DNA from: a virus
Length of the DNA stretch: 64,000 nucleotides
IMG/VR virus record: IMGVR_UViG_3300028654_000012
Location: 32,001 to 96,000 of that record
Strand: one strand, 5' to 3'
The notes under the pieces are model-generated. The model did no database searches. It had not been told where the DNA came from and was given only the letters and a program-made list of their open reading frames with translations. Within the stretch, counting starts at the first letter, position 1. Each line of letters opens with the position of its first letter. A program made the position numbers and the translations under genes. Of this stretch, positions 10,101 to 18,596 are shown piece by piece.

Positions 10101-10638
10101 AGGGGCCGTTACCGAAGTAGCACCTGATGGATCAGTTATTGCTACTTACTTCGGAATTCCTGGAGCCATATGGATTGCTTTCGACGGCACTAACATGTGG
10201 GTGGTTAGTAATACTGTAGGAGATGTTACTCGCGTTGCTCCCGATGGATCATTTATTTCCTATCCCGGAGTTACAGGTTTCTCAAACGGTATAGCCTTTG
10301 ATGGTCAAAATATGTGGGTGGTTGGCGGTGCTGATAATACTATTAGTGAAGTTCAAGCTCTACCCCACTTTTATAGAACCAATTCTCCTTCAGACTTAAC
10401 AGGATTTGCCTTAGCTAGTTCTATAAAGGGCGCACCTTCTAGCAGTGCAACTGTAGCCGTTCCGATCTCTTCGGTTACTACTTACACCGTAACTCATAAT
10501 TTAGGATACTATCCATTAGTACAGATTCTAAATAGCTCAGGCTTCATGGTTATTCCTAATTCTCTATTCCATACAGATATGAATAACTTTACAGTAACTT
10601 TTACTCTTCCGGTAACAGGCACGATCATTTACAGGTAA
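7141..10638 (+). CDS. Large tail/virion fibre with Gly-rich shaft and FDGxN(I/M)WV beta-propeller
   Basis: About 7 repeats of GIAFDGxNMWV at ~9580-10350; GGDLSGTYPNPTV and VLTSDASGNASWQ linkers; C-terminal THNLGYYPLVQ domain. Confidence 0.78.
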   Translation: MSIIPQVVINLTDEAITLFDVRAWNTKPIVLPPFNTQPGGVPVDLSLLALDVDLTKSFHLKHLYRTGKIHVNSTFLVSQLQAGTMGIDEVAIIGIPTVGQAPIATSPTTAVWQSLPVTLPPSGPAGGDLSGTYPNPTVVSAAGNFTVAAGQILTPTITSLLGSGTALSIRANDGQGGAPGGTLSLASGASSGGLPVGSGATITLAGALSPATISMVAGNNGFGTTGASFSLAGAAGGVGGDATLTGGTGQGNHGGYINLNTGGGSSSGAILFQIAGTEAARVDASGYFGIGTTLPSTALTVQGATNYGVIKVLSAAPGGEASIGFRPIDGTDGGVNDWVIGSTVNGSGNNFVFWNQSNNLITIDPSGNMNLAFGGLTANSLTTPTLQVNGLETIVGSDNGFPGNGLVIVPPNHTQTATYGWGGITTSSIFVIQTGGGQNLYLNPSFAGGFVGIGIDPNVGSPLGPLQVRAAADINLLVNAAAGALTLSAINDVNSANVPFAIRASSLSLDNGAITTDGSGNATFRSVAISTDGSPIFSAGYDLKIRSTTSLLGIHTDYTGGIPTLEFGCGDVGTIARITTNGSTNPIVLSAGGVDSVLFSPAGQVGLYGNNTSLGALDIGGNLLISTASVINPAPGNTGSINIFAGNTQDSAAVAGNINIAAGAANTNGASGGNVSISGGYSVGGVVGGPSLTLYGAQGNPGTQVSGAAAINGGTNGQGDGGAGILLNPGNGSIGGGSVNISAGSSASRPGGDIILSPGVGSTTGHVQILDGSQGVGKVLTSDASGNASWQASAGFAIGSVIATYITGVQSSAFATFDGVNMWVSGQGSSGTLAKISPDGVSTVLGGIGSYPYGQVFDGKNIWVLGNNAETIIKVEPNGTTTPYPLPINNPIFGAFDGTNIWVTDGTSNAVVKVAPDGTPTAYTGAVSNPYGIAFDGQNMWVANSTDGSVSKIDPSGVMTNYPIPGVSQSYGIAFDGANMWVTSPIEGAVTEVAPDGSVIATYFGIPGAIWIAFDGTNMWVVSNTVGDVTRVAPDGSFISYPGVTGFSNGIAFDGQNMWVVGGADNTISEVQALPHFYRTNSPSDLTGFALASSIKGAPSSSATVAVPISSVTTYTVTHNLGYYPLVQILNSSGFMVIPNSLFHTDMNNFTVTFTLPVTGTIIYR
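7501..7553 (+). repeat. 53-bp exact repeat shared with 51209-51261
   Basis: ccttcaggacctgctggcggagatttatcaggaacctatcctaatcctactgt is identical at both loci. Confidence 0.9.
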
Positions 10639-10642
10639 TCAA

Positions 10643-13600
10643 ATGGAAATTATAGGTAACTTAATTGTAGACGGAACGTCTCTCCTTGATGATGGGGCTA
10701 TCACTACTGATGGTGCAGGTAATATTACTGCTAACAGTATAACGGCCGCTGTAACTGGAACTTCTACTACTGCAATCAACTTGCAGGGCGGGGCAATAGG
10801 GGAGATTCCGTTTCAGACAGCTACAGATGCTACGGGATTTGACTCCCTATTTAATTGGAATGACGCTTCCCACTATTTAGGTATTGGCACTTCTACTCCT
10901 GGCTACGGTGTTGATCTTTATGGAAATGTAGGCGGAGCGGGTACTAAAGGGGTATTCCGGGCAGTAGGTGATGGAGTAAACGGTTTCTTTAGAGCTGAAG
11001 CTTACGGAGTTAGTAGTTCAGGGGCTATTACTGGCGGCTTAAGTATGAGAGGTGCCCGAGGGAGCTTCGCTGTTCCTACTGCAGTGCAGCAGAATGATAT
11101 CATAGGTTCTGTAAACTATAGAGGTCATGACGGTACCGCATTTCCAGGTAGCCCTACGGTCAGTATATTTGCAAATACCTCTGAAATATGGACTCCTACA
11201 GCTCATGGTACTAATCTTATCATGAACTGGACTCCTACAGGTACTATTACTCAGACAGGCCAGCTAGTACTAAATGGATCTTCTTCTGGAGGTGTAGTAA
11301 ACAACATAGCTCTAGGGCTAGTGCAGCCGGGATCTCCGGGGGTAAATCTTAATTTTAATCGTCCTAGTGGTAACGCTTCGCTCATTAATAATGCTGTTGG
11401 AGGGTCTTTAAGTCTCAATGCCCAAACTGCTGGGGGAATTGTAAATGTTAATGCTAACAACGGCATTAATGTTGTTACTAGTAATAATAATGTTAATCTC
11501 ACTGCAGGCAATGGTGTTTTCATCCAGTCTGGTAATGCGGGGGGAACTAGCGGATTCAACGTTAACTGTTCGGCTGCCAACGGCGGCGTTAACATTAATT
11601 CAGGAACTACCGGTCGCGTAGATATTTCCGCAGGTCTCAGTGCAGGTGGCCAAGGTATTACAATGCACTCTGGACCTGGTGGATTTACAGTTCTCGCAGT
11701 GGGAGGAGGTAACGTTAATTTACAGCCTGGAGGTGATATTAATTTGACACCTACTGGAAATGTAGGCGTTAATACTTCAGGTACATTCAATGTTAACACC
11801 GCCAATCTCAATGCCTCAAACGGAACATTAAGGGTAATTTCGACTTCTGGGCCCGCGTTCTTAGAGTTGGTAGCTCCGGGACAGCCCCAATGGAATGTAG
11901 TTGTTGATAATGGCAACGGCCATTTCTTTATCCAGAATAATAGTACGGGCGCACAGATAGTTTCCCTCGATAAGAATGCCCCTAATAATTCTATTAACGT
12001 AGATTCTGCGGGAACGGTACATTTAGCGACGGGCTTAAATGTGTCTCCATCTGCAGGCTCTGCTGTTATAGAGTTAGATGGCCATCCCGCCACGTGGCAG
12101 CTTATTTCGCAGAATGCTTCTGGTGCCTTTAGTATTAGAAGTGTTTCCGGCTCAGCTAATACGGTCAATATCGAGTCTGGCGCTCCGCAGAATTCTTTAT
12201 ACATTGGAGCTTCTGGCGTAGGTATTGATACTGCTAATGTAACAAGACAGCTCACAGTAGGAGGGTCAGGGCAAATTCTGGCGGGGACGGAATCAGCGGG
12301 ATTGTTACTTCTTCCAGGTCTTATTTTTGCAGCAGGTTCTGGAGATATTAACGTAGTTACAGACTTTGGTAGAGTTAAGCTTCAGGACTCCACTGGCGGT
12401 GCAACAGCTATGTATCTCACCGGAGGTTTGCTAGGGCTTGGTACTCAGACGCCTGGTTTCAAGCTTGATGCAGTAGGAGATATCAATACTTCTACGGTTT
12501 ATCGCGTAGGAGGCTTCCCTGTAATGGATGGTCTGGGAGCTTACGCTCTTAAAGACTCTGGGGGTACTGTAGATGTTTCTGCCGCAGCAGCTCCTAGTAC
12601 GGGGCAGGTATTAACCGCAACTGATGCTAATCATGCTACGTGGCAAACTCCTTCAGGAGGAGCTCCTCCAACAGGAACTGTATTAGGATCCTTCACTGTA
12701 TCTGACTTTACCGAAGCTCTATGTTTTGACGGTACTTATATCTGGACAGCAAATTCATTTAGTGGTCCTGGAAGCGTATGTAAGCTCTTGGCATCGACTG
12801 GAGCGCTAGTAGCTACTTATACGGTGGGAACGCGGCCGACTGGCGTGACTTATGACGGTAACAATATCTGGGTTACTAACGTAACAGATAATACTGTAAG
12901 CCAAATTGTAATCGAGAGCGGCGTAGTTCTAGGGCCTTATCCAGTTCAGACTCTTCCGTGGGAATCTACTTTTGATGGAACTTATCTCTGGGTAGTATGT
13001 GAGGGAGGATACTTACAGAAGCTAGCTGCTTCCGGAGGCTCAGTAGGATCCGTATTGCAGACTATTAGTTTACCTGGCGTTAGTCCCTTCGCTGTTTGTT
13101 TTGATGGTACAAATGTATGGGTTGCAAATTCAGGCGGGAATACTGTAACTAAAGTTCTCGCCGCGGATGGGAGTATTGTAGGAACTTATGCAGTAGGAGC
13201 TAGTAACTGCCAGCCGGGAGCTGTTCTGTTCGACGGTACCTATATTTGGACTGCTAACTACAACGATAGTACGGTAGGTAAGATTTTAGCTTCTACAGGA
13301 GCTCCTGCTAATGGCGCTCCATTTGCGACCGGCTCAGCTAATCCGTTCAAGATGACTTACGATGGTACCTATATTTGGGTGCTTAATCAGTCGGATACTC
13401 ATTGCGACCAGATTCTTGCAGAGACGGGTGAAGTCGTAGCTACTTTCCCTACTAATGCATTTACAGATGGTATTTGCTTTGCAGGTGATAGTATCTGGAT
13501 TGGTATTTACTTTGGATTTAACCAGGTAGGAAAGCTTGCAGATACTGTTCCTCCCTTCCACCCCAATATATTACCTCGCGCAGCACTTCTCTCTGCAGGC

Positions 13601-14590
13601 CTGGCTCTACCAGCAGGAGCTGCTGGAGGGGATTTATCTGGCTCGTATCCAAATCCGGCGGTAAAAGCTATTGATGGTGTTCTTATATCCGGAGTTCCTA
13701 TGGCCGGCCAAGTTCTAGTAGCTATAGATGGCACTGATGCTTCTTGGCAAGATATTGTATCCGGATCAGGTTCTGCCGGCTCCTTAACAGCGTGGACAGG
13801 ATCTTCTACCTTAGGGAATGCTTCGAGCTTTACAGTTTCAGGTAATGTAATCGCTACGGGGCAGTCGGTTGTTTACGGAGGAACTAATAACACCGTTTCA
13901 GATGCTATTAACGGGACAGGTTTAGGTATTTTTGCGGGCTATAATAATACTATCACTGGAGATATAGGTTCCGTAATTGCTGGGGGTAATAGTAATCAGA
14001 TTTTAGATGCGGGTAATCATAATAACGCAGCTAACTTCATAGGCGGAGGTACTAGTAATCTTATCGACGGAGATACGGGAGGAGGGGGAGGTCATAGTGC
14101 TATCCTCGGAGGTTACGGTAATCACATCGATGGAAACGCCGGCGGAGATGGTATAATTCTCGGGGGATCTACTAATCTCATCACGTGTGGCAATGGCGTA
14201 ATTATTAACGGTAGTAGTAATGTTGTATCAGGATTTAACTCTATTGCGGCAGGTCAGCAAGCTGTTGCGGCTAATAATTATGCATTCGTATGGGCAGACT
14301 CCACAGCATCTCCTTTTTCTTCAACGGCAGATAATCAATTCTCTATCCGCGCATCAGGCGGAATCTACTTAAAAGGCCCTGTATCTGTTGTTGATGGCAC
14401 TCAAGCTGTGGGATATGTTCTAACTTCAGATGCCTCAGGTAATGCTTCGTGGCAGGCGCCTAGTGCTCCTTCTCCGTTTCCTCTTCTAGCATCCGATCCA
14501 GGAAGCCCGACTACAGGTCAAACGTGGTTTAATACCACTGATAGCCAGTTCAAAGGTTATAACGGTACTTCTATCGTAATCTTAGGATAA
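10643..14590 (+). CDS. Large tail/virion fibre with FDGTY(I/L)W beta-propeller and adhesin-like repeats
   Basis: Propeller repeats at ~12720-13540; N/G-rich 'I.GG..N.I' repeats at ~13860-14290; C-terminus DPGSPTTGQTWFNTT is a common fibre motif. Confidence 0.78.
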   Translation: MEIIGNLIVDGTSLLDDGAITTDGAGNITANSITAAVTGTSTTAINLQGGAIGEIPFQTATDATGFDSLFNWNDASHYLGIGTSTPGYGVDLYGNVGGAGTKGVFRAVGDGVNGFFRAEAYGVSSSGAITGGLSMRGARGSFAVPTAVQQNDIIGSVNYRGHDGTAFPGSPTVSIFANTSEIWTPTAHGTNLIMNWTPTGTITQTGQLVLNGSSSGGVVNNIALGLVQPGSPGVNLNFNRPSGNASLINNAVGGSLSLNAQTAGGIVNVNANNGINVVTSNNNVNLTAGNGVFIQSGNAGGTSGFNVNCSAANGGVNINSGTTGRVDISAGLSAGGQGITMHSGPGGFTVLAVGGGNVNLQPGGDINLTPTGNVGVNTSGTFNVNTANLNASNGTLRVISTSGPAFLELVAPGQPQWNVVVDNGNGHFFIQNNSTGAQIVSLDKNAPNNSINVDSAGTVHLATGLNVSPSAGSAVIELDGHPATWQLISQNASGAFSIRSVSGSANTVNIESGAPQNSLYIGASGVGIDTANVTRQLTVGGSGQILAGTESAGLLLLPGLIFAAGSGDINVVTDFGRVKLQDSTGGATAMYLTGGLLGLGTQTPGFKLDAVGDINTSTVYRVGGFPVMDGLGAYALKDSGGTVDVSAAAAPSTGQVLTATDANHATWQTPSGGAPPTGTVLGSFTVSDFTEALCFDGTYIWTANSFSGPGSVCKLLASTGALVATYTVGTRPTGVTYDGNNIWVTNVTDNTVSQIVIESGVVLGPYPVQTLPWESTFDGTYLWVVCEGGYLQKLAASGGSVGSVLQTISLPGVSPFAVCFDGTNVWVANSGGNTVTKVLAADGSIVGTYAVGASNCQPGAVLFDGTYIWTANYNDSTVGKILASTGAPANGAPFATGSANPFKMTYDGTYIWVLNQSDTHCDQILAETGEVVATFPTNAFTDGICFAGDSIWIGIYFGFNQVGKLADTVPPFHPNILPRAALLSAGLALPAGAAGGDLSGSYPNPAVKAIDGVLISGVPMAGQVLVAIDGTDASWQDIVSGSGSAGSLTAWTGSSTLGNASSFTVSGNVIATGQSVVYGGTNNTVSDAINGTGLGIFAGYNNTITGDIGSVIAGGNSNQILDAGNHNNAANFIGGGTSNLIDGDTGGGGGHSAILGGYGNHIDGNAGGDGIILGGSTNLITCGNGVIINGSSNVVSGFNSIAAGQQAVAANNYAFVWADSTASPFSSTADNQFSIRASGGIYLKGPVSVVDGTQAVGYVLTSDASGNASWQAPSAPSPFPLLASDPGSPTTGQTWFNTTDSQFKGYNGTSIVILG

Positions 14591-14593
14591 AAT

Positions 14594-15142
14594 ATGGGAA
14601 CAAAATATACGGTAGATAACAGCGGTGATTTAGCTCTCTCAGGTAACATAAGTATAGGCGGCCAATATCAGGTAGAAGGCGTTCAGCTTTCTAGTGAGGA
14701 TCTCTCCGACGGAGGTGCTCTTAATGCTTCTTCTGTAGGAGGCGTCACTTTATCAGGCACTCCTACTAGTGGACAAGTGTTGACGGCTACTAGCAGCACT
14801 ACTGCCGATTGAGAAACTCCCGCTGGTGGAGGTGGATCTCCCGGAGGCAGCTCAGGTAATATTCAATATAATAATTCAGGCTCCTTCGCAGGTAGTGGGG
14901 CAATGAATTTTGATGGCTCCAATATTTCTCTTACCGCGATAGGTACTGGCGGGGCTACTCTGGCAGGAGGTAATGGACATAATCTAGGAGTGGGAGGAAC
15001 TGTTACTATTAGTGGCGGTCCTACTAATGCAGGATCAGGAGGTTCCGTTAATATATCTGGAGGATCCTCTTTCTTCGCGGACGCGGTACCTGCAGGATCT
15101 ATCTCTCTAGTTGCAGGGAGTGCTGCTAACTTCGGGGACTGA
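14594..15142 (+). pseudogene. Fibre-like gene interrupted by an in-frame TGA at 14810-14812 and truncated near 15130
   Basis: GQVLTATSSTTAD-TGA-ETPAGGGGSPGGSSGNIQYNNSGSFAG aligns with GQVLTATDA..ATWQTPSGG / SPGGSNTQLQYNNAGTFDG in the paralogs; the ORF at 14903 is in the same frame. Confidence 0.65.
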
Positions 15143-15386
15143 GGGAAGTAATAGTTCTGTAGTTATATCAGCGGGAAGTCCTTCAGATATAACTCCTGCC
15201 TTAGAATTAGGTGTTGCTAATGGTGGACTGGAAACGCAAGGGCAGAGTCCTGTAAGTCCGTCTTACCCTACGACGGATGTAAATAATATTCTACTGGCTT
15301 ATCTGTTTACTCCAGGAAGCCCGTTACTGTCTAATACGACAGCTATTACTAATTCGGATATTAATAATAATGTACCTGGTAGATAA
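15111..15386 (+). pseudogene. C-terminal fragment of a module-containing structural gene joined out of frame
   Basis: LTSGTEGSNSSVVISAG...LELGVANGGLET is only the second half of the ~110-aa module; only a TTG start lying inside the upstream coding frame. Confidence 0.55.
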
Positions 15387-15409
15387 ATTAATTTAAGAGG
15401 AAATTCAAA

Positions 15410-15880
15410 ATGAAAATCAGATATGATGGAAGTGGGAACATCAACGCGGCGTGTGTAAATGCTTCTAATTTAGGGGGCTCTACAGTTGTTACGGTTCCTG
15501 ACAATGCAGCCCTTTTAGCTAACCCTTGGAAATATAAATGGAATGTTTCAACCAGCTCTTTAATTCTTAGAGAAGCTGTGGTTCTTACAACAACTGCGCC
15601 TTTGGTTGACGGAATTCCTACGGCGGCTGCAGATGGTTCAACAACTATTGTAGTTACCGTTAAAGCTTATACTCCTTCAGGGACGCTAGATACTTCTGCA
15701 ACCTTTCCGGTTGTTGTAAACGACGTTAACGCGCGGCCTCCTGTAGCTCCCGTGGCATCGGTCACATTGGTTGCAGGTGTTGCTACCTTTTCTCTTACTT
15801 CAGCTTCTGCTAAAAGAATGATTTTGGCGGCCAGCTCTCCCAACGTGTTTAGCGGATCTCTTACAGCCGTCTTCGCTTAA
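15410..15880 (+). CDS. Ig-like (Big_1/invasin-type) domain virion protein
   Basis: AAADGSTTIVVTVKAY...ASVTLVAGVATFSLTS resembles bacterial Ig-like group 1 domains; AGAGG RBS. Confidence 0.58.
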   Translation: MKIRYDGSGNINAACVNASNLGGSTVVTVPDNAALLANPWKYKWNVSTSSLILREAVVLTTTAPLVDGIPTAAADGSTTIVVTVKAYTPSGTLDTSATFPVVVNDVNARPPVAPVASVTLVAGVATFSLTSASAKRMILAASSPNVFSGSLTAVFA

Positions 15881-15935
15881 TAATTAGTCTCAGGGTTATA
15901 TCTAAAGTGTATTAATTATACTGGAGATATAATCT

Positions 15936-16667
15936 ATGCAAACAATAGTTGAGAGATGGACAAAGATATTAGGTGCTATAGCCTTAGTTGCTTTACTTAT
16001 TACTAGTGCTGTTTATATACACTTATATAATCTAGAAAAGCAAACAAGAGAGACACAGGAGGAGGCCGCTAAGGGCTTGCCTCCGGATGTTTTGGCCAAA
16101 TACATCTTAAAAAACAGAGAGCTTCTTTCGATGGTTAAGGACGCTCAAGGTAAGACGGTTGTCAAGACGGTTTATGTTCCTGATGAAGCTCAAGTAACAA
16201 TCGTCACTAAAGAAAAGGCTGATCTTCAGGGTAAATATGATTCTTTAATGTCTCAATTGTTAGCGGCTAAGACTCCTCAAGATATAGCCGCTATCCAGAC
16301 CAAGCTTAAAGGTGTGGTTGATCAGATAAATCAACCCGATACAGTCACCGTTAAGACTTGGGGTTTAACGTCAAGATTCGGATATGGATTAGTAATCTCA
16401 CCCTCAGTTAAAACGACAATTCCTTACAATGGGGGGTCTTTAAATCTACCTGTAACTCCATCATTAGATTGGAAGTGGGGTTATGCAGGAAGATACTCGG
16501 GTATTTTACAGATTAATCCGGTATTCGTGGGGCCTGGGCTTACTCGTCATATAGACGATTTCACGCCTTCGTTTCTTCACATGAACAACTTAGAGCTCGG
16601 CGTCGTTGGTGGCGTAGGTTGGACTGGTGGAAAATACATAGGACTTGATTTGAGAAATAACTTCTAA
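15936..16667 (+). CDS. N-terminal TM + coiled coil + beta-rich C-terminus; spanin-like candidate
   Basis: TM segment ILGAIALVALLITSAVYIHLY, a helical middle, amphipathic beta strands ending in Phe; directly upstream of the holin. Confidence 0.5.
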   Translation: MQTIVERWTKILGAIALVALLITSAVYIHLYNLEKQTRETQEEAAKGLPPDVLAKYILKNRELLSMVKDAQGKTVVKTVYVPDEAQVTIVTKEKADLQGKYDSLMSQLLAAKTPQDIAAIQTKLKGVVDQINQPDTVTVKTWGLTSRFGYGLVISPSVKTTIPYNGGSLNLPVTPSLDWKWGYAGRYSGILQINPVFVGPGLTRHIDDFTPSFLHMNNLELGVVGGVGWTGGKYIGLDLRNNF

Positions 16668-16687
16668 ATTATGTTTGAGATAATCGC

Positions 16688-17125
16688 ATGTCTAATTTGT
16701 TCAAGGCGTGGCTTAATCCGACCTTTGAAGTAGTTTCATCCACATCGGCATTAACTAAAGTAGGCGTAGCAACAGCTTCGTTTATTTTCGCATCTGTTCT
16801 TAAGGCTCTCACTCCGTCAGTGATAGGCACTATTTTTCTGCTTGTCTTAATAGATACTATTACTGGCTTGATGGTCGCGGTCAAAAAGAAAAAGGTCTCT
16901 TCGAAGAAGTGGTATAAGTCTTTAATAAAGCTAAGTAATTATTCGGCTTTAATTATAGTAGGCGGTCTTGCAGGAGATATTTCTCTCTTAGCCTGGCTAT
17001 CTAGTACTTTCCTACTATTAATTGTTATTACTGAATTAATAAGTATATTAGAAAATATATCTATTGTTCAACCTGAGCTTATACCAGGCAATATAATTAA
17101 GGTGCTCCATCTACTGAAGGACTAA
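16688..17125 (+). CDS. Phage holin (Phage_holin_4/TcdE-like)
   Basis: LVLIDTITGLMVA...SSKK...K...Y...II...TELISILEN...IP pattern with three hydrophobic segments. Confidence 0.78.
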   Translation: MSNLFKAWLNPTFEVVSSTSALTKVGVATASFIFASVLKALTPSVIGTIFLLVLIDTITGLMVAVKKKKVSSKKWYKSLIKLSNYSALIIVGGLAGDISLLAWLSSTFLLLIVITELISILENISIVQPELIPGNIIKVLHLLKD

Positions 17126-17409
17126 TGGGTATCATACCTATTTACTTTAATCGTGACCTAGGAGTAGCCTGTCCCCACCTAATCGATGTGCGCCCTCCTA
17201 CTCAGCTGGTAGCCCAGCTCGAGATTAAAGTGATTCTGAAATATGCCCCTTATCTTACTAAGAGTAACTTAGGGTATATACCAGCGGAGGTTTATCCCGG
17301 CCTCCAACTACTAACACTGTTACATGGTACTTCTGAATATCTAAAGATTTGTGACCCCTGTGTGGACGTTATGGCTTACGCCAGGTCTCGAATCTATCAT
17401 ATGTTTTAA
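17125..17409 (+). CDS. Hypothetical protein
   Basis: TAATG overlap with the holin gene; 94 aa, no recognised motif. Confidence 0.55.
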   Translation: MGIIPIYFNRDLGVACPHLIDVRPPTQLVAQLEIKVILKYAPYLTKSNLGYIPAEVYPGLQLLTLLHGTSEYLKICDPCVDVMAYARSRIYHMF

Positions 17410-17411
17410 TT

Positions 17412-17448
17412 TGTACCACTATCGGGGGATGGTACATCCCCTCGTTTA
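17412..17448 (+). terminator. Hairpin after the late/lysis module (two alternative stems)
   Basis: ggggatg-gta-catcccc (17425-17441) overlaps tgtacca/tggtaca (17412-17418/17430-17436); only a weak T tract follows. Confidence 0.4.
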
Positions 17449-17479
17449 TAATGGAATAATTACTTTAGTAATTATGGAA

Positions 17480-17660
17480 TTATAAACGATATCTATACTA
17501 CTATCTAGATCTAGATCTATATCATGATAGCTATCTAGATACAACAACAACAGCTATATACGTGAATATATTATATTTATATATAATCATATATCAGTAT
17601 ATGTATAATTATATAGATATGTATATAGATCATATAACAACAGCTATAGCTATATATCAT
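17480..17660. other. AT-rich palindromic low-complexity tract; candidate replication origin
   Basis: Chained palindromes tagatctagatcta (17506-17519), tatcatgata and tatctagata, a direct repeat of acaacagctata, and a long (A/T)-alternating run, located between the structural and replication modules. Confidence 0.45.
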
Positions 17661-17931
17661 TCGGACCGTGGTATCATAGACAACTCCGCAGTAAAGACAA
17701 TCCCTCCAAACGCGCAAGCAACACCTCCTTTAAATAGCGCTAATCCTTTCAAAACCCCTCCTTACTTGTTCAGCAACTTCATTTCTGCCCCTTTGTATAA
17801 GAAGTGCTTCTAAATCTAATGTAGCTCATTTAAAACGCTTATCACCTCTTGTCGTCAATTCCGGTAATGTTTAATCGGAGATTTTGTAGAATTAGGTGAG
17901 CAGTAAACTTGATTTAGTAAGGAGCATTAAC

Positions 17932-18189
17932 ATGACGCAGACAGGTACAGTTAAGTGGTTTGACCCTAAGAAGGGTTATGGATTTATCGTTGCAGATGGA
18001 GTAGGGGACGTATTCGTCCATTACTCTGACATCGAGCAGGTTAAGGGGTTTCGCAGCCTACGGGAAGGCCAGCTCGTAAGCTTTACCCTAATCAGTTCTG
18101 ACAAGGGGCACAAGGCCTCTAATGTCGTACGGGTAGATGCCGGGGTGCCTACCACAGCGACACAGAAAGAGACGGTTTCAGTAGCCTAA
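17932..18189 (+). CDS. cspA: Cold-shock domain protein
   Basis: GTVKWFDPKKGYGFI (RNP1) and DVFVHYSDI (RNP2); AAGGAG RBS before the ATG at 17932. Confidence 0.92.
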   Translation: MTQTGTVKWFDPKKGYGFIVADGVGDVFVHYSDIEQVKGFRSLREGQLVSFTLISSDKGHKASNVVRVDAGVPTTATQKETVSVA

Positions 18190-18596
18190 TGAAAAAGTCT
18201 CCTCAAGACCTAGAGCTCTTAAAAAAGCTTTCAGAAAGAAAAGCGCCAACCGTCGCTTTTGATCTTGATGGGACTCTGGCCGAATTCTCTAACTGGAACG
18301 GATACGCTTCCATAGGAGACCCTGTACCGCGTATAGCCCAGCTCGCTCGGAAGTTTAAGAAAGAGGGGGCCTTCATAGTGATTCACACCTGTAGAATAAC
18401 CACTGCAGACAATAAAGTATATATAGACTCTGTAAACACGGTGAGCCAGTGGTTGAAGACAAATAGAATTCCCTATGATGAAATCTGGCTTGGAACAGGC
18501 AAGCCTCACGCTGATTATTACGTTGATGACAGAGCGGTTAACGCTACCTGTGATCACTGTATTAATAAGATGACTTCTGCGCTTCTCCACTCTTAA
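18189..18596 (+). CDS. HAD-superfamily phosphatase (capless, PNKP-phosphatase-like)
   Basis: VAFDLDGTL motif I, HTCR motif II, GKP..DYYVDDRA motifs III/IV. Confidence 0.82.
   Translation: MKKSPQDLELLKKLSERKAPTVAFDLDGTLAEFSNWNGYASIGDPVPRIAQLARKFKKEGAFIVIHTCRITTADNKVYIDSVNTVSQWLKTNRIPYDEIWLGTGKPHADYYVDDRAVNATCDHCINKMTSALLHS

Noticed and set aside
9932-10321. 36-bp exact repeat (9932-9967 = 10286-10321) as a CRISPR repeat or DGR template/variable pair
   Set aside because: Both copies encode propeller blades (GIAFDGQNMWV) in frame. There is no spacer array, no adenine-specific divergence and no reverse transcriptase in the window.
17562-17813. 83-aa + strand ORF
   Set aside because: The Y/I-rich translation arises from the AT-alternating tract; GTG start with no RBS. 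Treated as non-coding.
17730-17860. Minus-strand mini-ORFs with AGGAGG-like sites, one needing TGA read-through
   Set aside because: Very short, no recognisable motif, and read-through is otherwise unsupported.
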